From: Eledone cirrhosa
Lineage: Eukaryota
NCBI GenBank assembly: GCA_964016885.1
Contig: OZ024741.1
Coordinates: 4,278,001-4,342,000, forward strand
Length of the DNA stretch: 64,000 nucleotides
Direction: 5' to 3'
In this document: piece by piece, positions 26,401 through 36,500 of the stretch
How the letters are laid out: every line of letters starts with the position of its first letter
How positions within the stretch are numbered: the stretch's first letter is position 1
Translations under genes and position numbers: made by a program
Notes under the pieces: generated by a model
Database searches by the model: none
Told to the model about the DNA's origin: nothing
The model's input: only the letters and a program-made list of their open reading frames with translations

Positions 26401-29400
26401 AGAGATAGTTACTGTGATGTAAGAACTAGTAACCTACTGTAGGACTATCAGAGATAGTTACTGTGATGTAGGAACTAGTAACCTACTGTAGGACTATCAG
26501 AGATATTTACTGTAATGTAAGAACTAGTAATCTACTGTAGGACTATCAGAGATAGTTACTGTGATGTAGGAACTAGTAACCTACTGTTGGACTATCAGAG
26601 ATAGTTACTGTGATGTAAGAACTAGTAACCTACAGTAGGACTATCAGAGATAGTTACTGTGATGTAGGAACTAGTAACCTACTGTTGGACTATCAGAGAT
26701 AGTTGGTGTGATGTAAGAACTAGTAACCTACTGTAGGATTATCAGAGATAGTTGGTGTGATGTAGGAACTAGTAACCTACTGTTGGACTAACAGAGATAG
26801 TTGGTGTAATGTAAGAACTAGTAACCTACTGTAGGACTATCAGAGATAGTTACTGTGATGTAAGAACTAGTAACCTACTGTAGGAGTATCAGAGATAGTT
26901 GGTGTGATGTAGGAACTAGTAACCTACTGTAGGACTATAAGAGATAGTTGTTGTGATGTATGAACTAGTAACCTACTGTTGGACTATCAGAGGTAGTTAC
27001 TGTGATGTAGGAACTAGTAACCTAATGTAGGACTATCAGAGATAGTTACTGTGATGTAGGAACTAGTAACCTACAGTTGGACTATCAGAGATAGTTGGTG
27101 TGATGTAGGAACTAGTAACCTAATGTAGGACTATCAGAGATAGTTACTGTGATCTAGGAACTTGTAACCTACTGTTGGACTATCAGAGATAGTTTCTTAT
27201 GATGTAGGAACTATTAACCTACTGTTGGACTATCAGAGATAGTTGGTGTGATGTAGGAACTAGTAACCTACTGTAGGACTATCAGAGATAGTTGGTGTAA
27301 TGTAGGAACTAGTAACCTACTGTAGGACTGTCAGAGATAGTTGGTGTGATGTAGGAACTAGTAACCTACTGTAGGACTGTCAGAGATAGTTGGTGTGATG
27401 TAGGAACTAGTAACCTACTGTAGGACTATCAGAGATAGTTGGTGTGATGTAGGAACTAGTAACCTAATGTAGGACTATCAGAGATAGTTACTGTGATGTA
27501 AGAACTAGTAACCTACTGTAGGACTATCAGAGATAGTTGGTGTGATGTAGGAACTAGTAACCTACTGTAGGACTATAAGAGATAGTTGTTGTGATGTATG
27601 TACTAGTAACCTAGTGTTGGACTATCAGAGATAGTTACTGTCATGTAGGAACTAGTAACCTACTGTAGGACTATCAGAGATAGTTGCTGTGATGTATGAA
27701 CTAGTAACCTAGTGTTGGACTATCAGAGATAGTTACTGTCATGTAGGAACTAGTAACCTACTGTTGGACTATCAGAGATAGTTACTGTGATATAGGAACT
27801 AGTAACCTACTGTTGGACTATCAGAGATAGTTGGTGTGATGTAGGAACTAGTAACCTAATGTAGGACTATCAGAGATAGTTACTGTGATCTAAGAACTAG
27901 TAACCTACTGTAGGACTATCAGCGATAGTTACTGTGATGTAGGAACTAATAACCTACTGTTGGACTATCAGAGATAGTTGGTGTGATGTAGGAACTAGTA
28001 ACCTACTGTAGGACTATCAGAGATAGTTGGTGTGATGTAGGAACTAGTAACCTAATGTAGGACTATCAGAGATAGTTACTGTGATCTAAGAACTAGTAAC
28101 CTACTGTAGGACTATCAGCGATAGTTACTGTGATGTAGGAACTAATAACCTACTGTTGGACTATCAGAGATAGTTGGTGTGATGTAGGAACTAGTAACCT
28201 ACTGTTGGACTATCAGAGATAGTTGGTGTGATGTAGGAACTAGTAACCTAATGTAGGACTATCAGAGATAGTTACTGTGATCTAAGAACTAGTAACCTAC
28301 TGTAGGACTATCAGCGATAGTTACTGTGATGTAGGAACTAATAACCTACTGTTGGACTATCAGAGATAGTTGGTGTGATGTAGGAACTAGTAACCTACTG
28401 TAGGACTATCAGAGATAGTTACTGTGATCTAAGAACTAGTAACCTACTGTAGGACTATCAGCGATAGTTACTGTGATGTAGGAACTAATAACCTACTGTT
28501 GGACTATCAGAGATAGTTGGTGTGATGTAGGAACTAGTAACCTACTGTAGGACTATCAGAGATAGTTGATGTAATGTAGGAACTAGTAACCTACTGTAGG
28601 ACTGTCAGAGATAGTTGGTGTGATGTAAGAACTAGTAACCTACTGTAGGACTATCAGAGATAGTTGGTGAGATGTAGGAACTAGTAACCTACTGTTGTAG
28701 TATCAGAGATAGTTACTGTGATGTAGGAACTAGTAACCTACTGTAGGACTATCAGAGATAGTTGGTGTGATGTAGGAACTAGTAACCTACTGTTGGACTA
28801 TCAGAGATAGTTGGTGTGATGTAGGAACTAGTAACCTACTGTCGGACTATCAGAGATAGTTACTGTGATGTAGGAACTAGTAACCTACTGTTGGACTATC
28901 ACTGATAGTTGATGGGTTGTAGGAACTAGTAACCTAGTGTAGGACTATTAGAGATAGTTGGTGTGATGTATGAACTAGTAACCTACTGTAGGACTATCAG
29001 AGATAGTTACTGTGATGTAGGAACTAGTAACCTACTGTTGGACTATCACTGATAGTTGGTGGGTTGTAGGAACTAGTAACCTAGTGTAGGACTATTAGAG
29101 ATAGTTGGTGTGATGTAGGAAATAGTAACCTACTGTAGGAGTATCAGAGATAGTTGGTGTGATGAAGGAACTAGTAACCTACCTTTGGACTATCAGAGAT
29201 AGTCACTGTGATGTATGAACTAGTAACCTACTGTAGGACTATCAGAGATAGTTACTGTGATGTAGGAACTAGTAACCTACTGTTGGACTATCAGAGATAG
29301 TTACTGTGATGTAGGAACTAGTAACCTACTGTAGGCCTATCAGAGATAGTTGGTGTGATGAAGGATCTAGTAACCTACTGTTGGACTATCAGAGATTGTT

Positions 29401-31435
29401 ACTGTGATGTAGGAACTAGTAACCTACTGTTGGACTATCAGAGATAGTTGGTGTGATGTAGAAACTCGTAACCTACTGTTGGACAATCAGAGATAGTTAC
29501 TGTGATGTAGGAACTAGTAACCTACTGTAGGACTATCAGAGATAGTTACTGTGATGTAGGAACTAGTAATCTACTGTAGGACTATCAGAGATAGTTACTG
29601 TGATGTAGGAACTAGTAACCTACTGTTGGACTATCAGAGATAGTTACTGTGATGTAAGAACTAGTAACCTACAGTAGGACTATCAGAGATAGTTACTGTG
29701 ATGTAGGAACTAGTAACCTACTGTTGGACTATCAGAGATAGTTACTGTGATGTAGGAACTAGTAACCTAGTGTAGCACTATCAGAGATAGTTACTGTGAT
29801 GTAGGACCTAGTAACCTACTGTAGGACTATCAGAGATAGTTGGTGTGATGAAGGATCTAGTAACCTACTGTTGGACTATCAGAGATAGTTACTGTGATGT
29901 AGGAACTAGTAACCTACTGTTGGACTATCAGAGATAGTTGGTGTGATGTAGAAACTAGTAACCTACTGTTGGACTATCAGAGATAGTTACTGTGATGTAG
30001 GAACTAGTAACCTACTGTAGGACTATCAGAGATAGTTGCTGTGATGCAGGAACTAGTAACCTACTGTAGGACTATCAGAGATAGTTACTGTGATGTAGGA
30101 ACTAGTAACCTACTGTAGGACTATCAGAGATAGTTGCTGTGATGCAGGAACTAGTAACCTACTGTAGGACTGTCAGAGATAGTTACTGTGATGTAGCAAC
30201 TAGTAATCTACTGTTGGACTATCAGAGATAGTTACTGGGATGTAGGAACTAGTAACCTACTGTTGGACTATCAGAGATAGTTATTGGGATGTAGGAAATA
30301 GTAATCTACTGTTGGACTATCAGAGATAGTTACTGTGATGTAGGAACTAGTAACCTACAATAGGACAATCAGAGATAGTTACTGTGATGTAAGAACTAGT
30401 AACCTACTGTAGGACTATCAGAGATAGTTACTGTGATGTAGGAACTAGTAACCTACTGTAGGACTATCAGAGATATTTACTGTAATGTAAGAACTAGTAA
30501 TCTACTGTAGGACTATCAGAGATAGTTACTGTGATGTAGGAACTAGTAACCTACTGTTGGACTATCAGAGATAGTTACTGTGATGTAAGAACTAGTAACC
30601 TACAGTAGGACTATCAGAGATAGTTACTGTGATGTAGGAACTAGTAACCTACTGTTGGACTATCAGAGATAGTTGGTGTGATGTAAGAACTAGTAACCTA
30701 CTGTAGGATTATCAGAGATAGTTGGTGTGATGTAGGAACTAGTAACCTACTGTTGGACTAACAGAGATAGTTGGTGTAATGTAAGAACTAGTAACCTACT
30801 GTAGGACTATCAGAGATAGTTACTGTGATGTAAGAACTAGTAACCTACTGTAGGAGTATCAGAGATAGTTGGTGTGATGTAGGAACTAGTAACCTACTGT
30901 AGGACTATAAGAGATAGTTGTTGTGATGTATGAACTAGTAACCTACTGTTGGACTATCAGAGGTAGTTACTGTGATGTAGGAACTAGTAACCTAATGTAG
31001 GACTATCAGAGATAGTTACTGTGATGTAGGAACTAGTAACCTACAGTTGGACTATCAGAGATAGTTGGTGTGATGTAGGAACTAGTAACCTAATGTAGGA
31101 CTATCAGAGATAGTTACTGTGATCTAGGAACTTGTAACCTACTGTTGGACTATCAGAGATAGTTTCTTATGATGTAGGAACTATTAACCTACTGTTGGAC
31201 TATCAGAGATAGTTGGTGTGATGTAGGAACTAGTAACCTACTGTAGGACTATCAGAGATAGTTGGTGTAATGTAGGAACTAGTAACCTACTGTAGGACTG
31301 TCAGAGATAGTTGGTGTGATGTAGGAACTAGTAACCTACTGTAGGACTGTCAGAGATAGTTGGTGTGATGTAGGAACTAGTAACCTACTGTAGGACTATC
31401 AGAGATAGTTGGTGTGATGTAGGAACTAGTAACCT
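23475..31435. repeat. Near-identical tandem duplication, 3970-bp unit (81 monomers +1 bp)
   Basis: Markers offset by exactly 3970: (TATG)TACT 23631/27601, TACCTTTGG 25210/29180, GAAACTCGTA 25491/29461. The ends are approximate. Confidence 0.85.
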
Positions 31436-32649
31436 ACTGTAGGACTATCAGAGATAGTTGGTGTGATGTAGGAACTAGTAACCTACTGTAGGACTATCAG
31501 AGATAGTTACTGTGATGTAGGAACTAGTAACCTACTGTTGGACTATAAGAGATAGTTGGTGTGATGTAGGAACTAGTAACCTACTGTTGGACTATCAGAG
31601 ATAGTTGGTGTGATGTAGGAACTAGTAATCTACAGTAGGACTATCAGAGATAGTTGGTGATGTAGGAACTAGTAACCTACTGTAGGACTATCAGAGATAG
31701 TTACTGTGATGTAGGAACTAGTAACCTAATGTAGGACTATCAGAGATAGTTACTGTGATGTAAGAACTAGTAACCTACTGTAGGATTATCAGAGATAGTT
31801 GGTGTGATGTAGGAACTAGTAACCTACTGTTGGACTATCAGAGATAGTTGGTGTAATGTAAGAACTAGTAACCTACTGTAGGACTATCAGAGATAGCTAC
31901 TGTGATGTAAGAACTAATAAACTAGTGTTGGACTATCAGAGATAGTTGGTGTGATGTAGGAACTAGTAATCTACTGTAGGACTATCAGAGATAGTTGTTG
32001 TGATGTATGAACTAGTAACCTACTGTTGGACTATCAGAGATAGTTGGTGATGTAGGAACTAGTAACCTACTGTAGGACTATCAGAGATAGTTACTGTGAT
32101 GTAGGAACTAGTAACCTAATGAAGGACTATGAGAGATAGTTACTGTGATGTAAGAACTAGTAACCTACTGTAGGACTATCAGAGATAGTTGGTGTGATGT
32201 AGGAACTAGTAACCTACTGTAGGACTATCAGAGATAGTTGTTGTGATGTATGAACTAGTAACCTACTGTTGGACTATCAGAGATAGTTACTGTCATGTAG
32301 GAACTAGTAACCTACTGTAGGACTATCAGAGATAGTTGCTGTGATGCAGGAACTAGTAACCTACTGTAGGACTATGAGAGATAGTTGGTGTGATGTAGGA
32401 ACTAGTAACCTAATGTAGGATTATTAGAGATAGTTACTGTTATGTAAGAACTAGTAACCTACCGTAGGACTATCAGAGATAGTTACTGTGATATAGGAAC
32501 TAGTAACCTACTGTTGGACTATCAGAGATAGTTACCGTGATGTAGGAACTAGTGACCTACTGTTGGACAATCAGAGATAATTACTGTGATGTAGGAACTA
32601 GTAACCTACTGTAGGACTATCAGAGATAGTTACTGTGATGTAGGAACTA

Positions 32650-32662
32650 TAATAATAATAAT
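32650..32662 (-). repeat. (ATT)4 microsatellite 3' tail of the LINE
   Basis: The plus strand reads TAATAATAATAAT directly against the satellite. CR1/L2-group elements typically end in short tandem repeats rather than poly(A). Confidence 0.85.
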
Positions 32663-32757
32663 GAAATTATTGTGTAAAGTGCTCAGGTGCACTACAACTC
32701 GTCAATATAGTACATAGAATAATACACAAATGCCAGGGAAGTACATGTTTGTATGTG
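32663..32757 (-). other. LINE 3' UTR (~95 nt)
   Basis: AT-rich non-satellite sequence between the ORF2 stop codon and the microsatellite tail. Confidence 0.8.
32673..32696 (-). promoter_or_regulatory. Predicted 3'-terminal RNA stem-loop (candidate RT recognition element)
   Basis: The minus strand reads TGTA-GTGC-ACCTGA-GCAC-TT-TACA: an 8-bp stem with a 2-nt bulge and a 6-nt loop, ~10 nt before the tail. The position parallels the 3' stem-loops of stringent L2/CR1-group LINEs (e.g. eel UnaL2). Function is inferred. Confidence 0.6.
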
Positions 32758-33576
32758 TTAGCTGTAGTGTTGGCGGATCTCGGGAAGCATGGAGGCCTTA
32801 AAGGATGCAGCGTCTCGACAGCTAACAACTGATGCAGGTAGTTTGTTCCATGCTTCAGCAACTCTGAGCGTGAAAAAATGTTTCCGAAAGTCATGGGAAC
32901 TGTGCTGTTTTCTTACTTTGTGGGCATGTCCACGTGTGTTAGACACATGGAAATCGAAAAGGCACTCAGGGTTGTTGTTGGCAACATGGTTAACAATTTT
33001 GTGGGTGTTTACCAAGTCAGTTGCCAGGCGTCGGAGCTTCAATGAATCCATGCCCAGGGAAGCAAGGTGATCAGAGTATGGTAGATGCCTGATGGAGGGT
33101 ATTCGCTTGGTTGCACGTCTCTGAACAGTTTCCAGGCGGTCAATGTCCTGAGCAAGATAGGGGTTCCAGACTGGTGATGCAAATTCTAAGTGTGGTCGCA
33201 CCATAGCTGTATACAGCCTTAAATAGATATCTGGAGAGCGGCTGACAAAGGTCTTGCTGAGTGATGCTAAGACACCCTCGGCCCTCTTGACAATTTTAGA
33301 GACGTGCCTCGTCCAACGCAAATCGCTGCTGACCGTAATGCCCAGGTCACGTTCACAGGAAGACTTCTTGATATTAGTGCTGTGGAGGGAATATGTGGAC
33401 GCTGGGTTTTTACTCCCAAAATGCATGGTGGTGCACTTGTCCACAGCTAGCTTGAGTTGCCAGTCTGAGATCCACTGTTGCATTGTGTCCAAGTCAGACT
33501 GCAAGCAAGATCTATAGTGTTCAGGATCTGTCCTTTTTATCTCAAGGTACAGCTTGATGTCGTCTGCGTACTTTAG
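32758..33576 (-). pseudogene. Truncated LINE ORF2 fragment (RT catalytic YADD through C-terminus; endonuclease and N-terminal RT missing)
   Basis: The provided 248-aa ORF (TTG at 33504) extends upstream in frame without a stop: LKYADDIKLYLEIKRTDPEHYRSCLQSDLDTMQ..., with YADD at 33570-33559. Stop TAA at 32760-32758. The TTG 'start' is an internal Leu, so this is not a complete gene. Confidence 0.9.
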
Positions 33577-36500
33577 TCCTAATGTAGGACTATCAGAGAT
33601 AGTTACTGTGATGTAAGAACTAGTAACCTACTGTAGGACTATCAGAGATAGTTACTGTGATGTAGGAACTAGTAACCTACTGTTGGACTATCAGAGATAG
33701 TTACTGTGATGTAGGAACTAGTAACCTAGTGTAGGACTATCAGAGATAGTTACTGTGATGTAGGAACTAGTAACCTACTGTAGGCCTATCAGAGATAGTT
33801 GGTGTGATGAAGGATCTAGTAACCTACTGTAGGACTATCAGAGATAGTTACTGTGATGTAGGAACTAGTAACCTACTGTTGGACTATCAGAGATAGTTGG
33901 TGTGATGTAGAAACTAGTAACCTACTGTTGGACTATCAGAGATAGTTACTGTGATGTAGGAACTAGTAACCTACTGTAGGACTATCAGAGATAGTTACTG
34001 TGATGTAGGAACTAGAAACCTACTGTAGGACTATCAGAGATAGTTACTGTGATGTAGGAACTAGTAACCTACTGTTGGACTATCAGAGATATTTACTGTG
34101 ATGTAGGAACTAGTAACCTTGTGTAAAAATTTCAGAGATAGTTACTGTGATGTAAGAACTAGTAACCTACTGTTGGACTATGAGAGATAGTTACTGTGAT
34201 GTAGGAAATAGTAATCTACTATAGGACTATCAGAGATAGTTACTGTGATGTAGGAACTAGTAACCTAATGTAGGACTATCAGAGATAGTTGCTGTGATGC
34301 AGGAACTAGTAACCTACTGTAGGACTATCAGAGATAGTTACTGTGATGTAGGAACTAGTAACCTACTGTAGGACTATCAGAGATAGTTGCTGTGATGCAG
34401 GAACTAGTAACCTACTGTAGGACTGTCAGAGATAGTTACTGTGATGTAGCAACTAGTAATCTACTGTTGGACTATCAGAGATAGTTACTGTGATGTAGGA
34501 ACTAGTAACCTACTATAGGACAATCAGAGATAGTTACTGTGATGTAAGAACTAGTAACCTACTGTAGGACTATCAGAGATAGTTACTATGATGTAGGAAC
34601 TAGTAACCTACTGTAGGACTATCAGAGATATTTACTGTAATGTAAGAACTAGTAACCTACTGTTGGACTATCAGAGATAGTTACCGGGATGTAGGAACTA
34701 GTAACCTACTGTTGTAGTATCAGAGAAAGTTGGTGTGATGTACGAACTAGTAACCTACTGTTGGACTATCAGAGATAGTTGGTGTGATGTAGGAACTAGT
34801 AACCTACTGTAGGACTATCAGAGATAGTTGGTGTGATGTAGGAACTAGTAACCTACAGTAGGACTATCAGAGGTAGTTGGTGTGATGTAGGAACTAGTAG
34901 CCTGCTGTAGGACTATAAGAGATAGTTGGTGTGATGTAAGAACTAGTAACCTACTGTAGGATTATCAGAGATAGTTGGTGTGATGTAGGAACTAGTAACC
35001 TACTGTTGGACTATCAGAGATAGTTGGTGTAATGTAAGAACTAGTAACCTACTGTAGGACTATCAGAGATAGTTACTGTGATGTAAGAACTAATAAACTA
35101 GTGTTGGACTATCAGAGATAGTTGGTGTGATGTAGGAACTAGTAACCTACTGTAGGACTATCAGAGATAGTTGTTGTGATGTATGAACTAGTAACCTACT
35201 GTTGGACTATCAGAGATAGTTGGTGATGTAGGAACTAGTAACCTACTGTAGGACTATCAGAGATAGTTACTGTGATGTAGGAACTAGTAACCTAATGTAG
35301 GACTATCAGAGATAGTTACTGTGATGTAAGAACTAGTAACCTACTGTAGGACTATCAGAGATAGTTGGTGTGATGTAGGAACTAGTAACCTACTGTAGGA
35401 CTATCAGAGATAGTTTTTGTGATGTATGAACTAGTAACCTACTGTTGGACTATCAGAGATAGTTACTGTCATGTAGGAACTAGTAACCTACTGTAGGACT
35501 ATCAGAGATAGTTGCTGTGATGCAGGAACTAGTAACCTACTGTAGGCCTATCAGAGATAGTTACTGTGATATAGGAACTAGTAACCTACTGTTGGACTAT
35601 CAGAGATAGTTGGTGTGATGTAGGAACTAGTAACCTAATGTAGGACTATCAGAGATAGTTACTGTGATCTAAGAACTAGTAACCTACTGTAGGACTATCA
35701 GAGATAGTTACTGTGATGTAGGAACTAATAACCTACTGTTGGACTATCAGAGATAGTTGGTGTGATGTAGGAACTAGTAACCTACTGTAGGACTATCAGA
35801 GATAGTTGGTGTAATGTAGGAACTAGTAACCTACTGTAGGACTGTCAGAGATAGTTGGTGTGATGTAGGAACTAGTAACCTACTGTAGGACCGTCAGAGA
35901 TAGTTGGTGTGATGTAGGAACTAGTAACCTACTGTAGGACTATCAGAGATAGTTGGTGTGATGTAGGAACTAGTAACCTACTGTAGGACTATCAGAGATA
36001 GTTGGTGTGATGTAGGAACTAGTAACCTACTGTAGGACTATCAGAGATAGTTACTGTGATGTAGGAACTAGTAACCTACTGTTGGACTATCAGAGATAGT
36101 TGGTGTGATGTAGGAACTAGTAACCTACTGTTGGACTATCAGAGATAGTTGGTGTGATGTAGGAACTAGTAACCTACTGTTGGACTATCAGAGATAGTTG
36201 GTGTGATGTAGGAACTAGTAACCTACTGTTGGACTATCAGAGATAGTTGGTGTGATGTTGGAACTAGTAACCTACTGTAGGACTGTCAGAGATAGTTGGT
36301 GAGATGTAGGAACTAGTAACCTACTGTTGTAGTATCAGAGATAGTTACTGTGATGTAGGAACTAGTAACCTACTGTTGGACTATCAGAGATAGTTGGTGT
36401 GATGTAGTAACTAGTAACGTACTGTAGGACTGTCAGAGATAGTTGGTGTGATGTAGGAACTAGTAACCTACTGTTGTAGTATCAGAGATAGTTACTGTGA

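Larger units (their letters stand above)
1..32649. repeat. 49-bp tandem satellite array, left arm (~667 monomers; runs off the window start)
   Basis: ACTAGTAACC recurs at 1, 50, 99, ... (period 49). Consensus ACTAGTAACCTACTGTAGGACTATCAGAGATAGTTACTGTGATGTAGGA, with few substitutions per copy and occasional 47/50-bp monomers. It ends at ...GTAGGAACTA (32649), directly before the TAA run. Confidence 0.99.
32650..33577 (-). mobile_element. 5'-truncated non-LTR retrotransposon (LINE), CR1-group, ~930 bp
   Basis: This is the only non-satellite DNA in the window. The minus strand encodes an RT C-terminal region with motifs typical of CR1-like ORF2 (YADD, ERDLGI, RPHLEFASPVWNPY, LETVQRRATK, TRGH, RKHFF..RV..WNKLP..VV...SFK), then a short 3' UTR and an (ATT)n tail. 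No LTRs or TIRs. The clade call comes from motif recognition, not a search. Confidence 0.93.

Noticed and set aside
1-32649. Repetitive protein-coding array
   Set aside because: 49 is not a multiple of 3, each monomer has several stop triplets on both strands, and the ORF track is empty here.
32667-32894. 75-aa minus-strand ORF
   Set aside because: Alternative frame overlapping the RT C-terminus and 3' UTR, with no recognisable motif.
32789-33070. 93-aa plus-strand ORF
   Set aside because: Antisense shadow of the RT frame, with no independent evidence.
32758-33504. Complete 248-aa gene, or a bacterial retron/DGR/CRISPR-associated RT paired with the repeat array
   Set aside because: The frame continues upstream of the TTG to the junction and lacks the N-terminal RT motifs. 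The C-terminal motifs and (ATT)n tail are those of a eukaryotic LINE, and nothing links it functionally to the array.
33254-33517. 87-aa plus-strand ORF
   Set aside because: Antisense shadow of the RT frame, with no independent evidence.
32640-33590. Classical target-site duplication
   Set aside because: Comparison with empty sites shows at most a 2-bp TA duplication and a net loss of target bases. Longer flank similarity is only the satellite periodicity.
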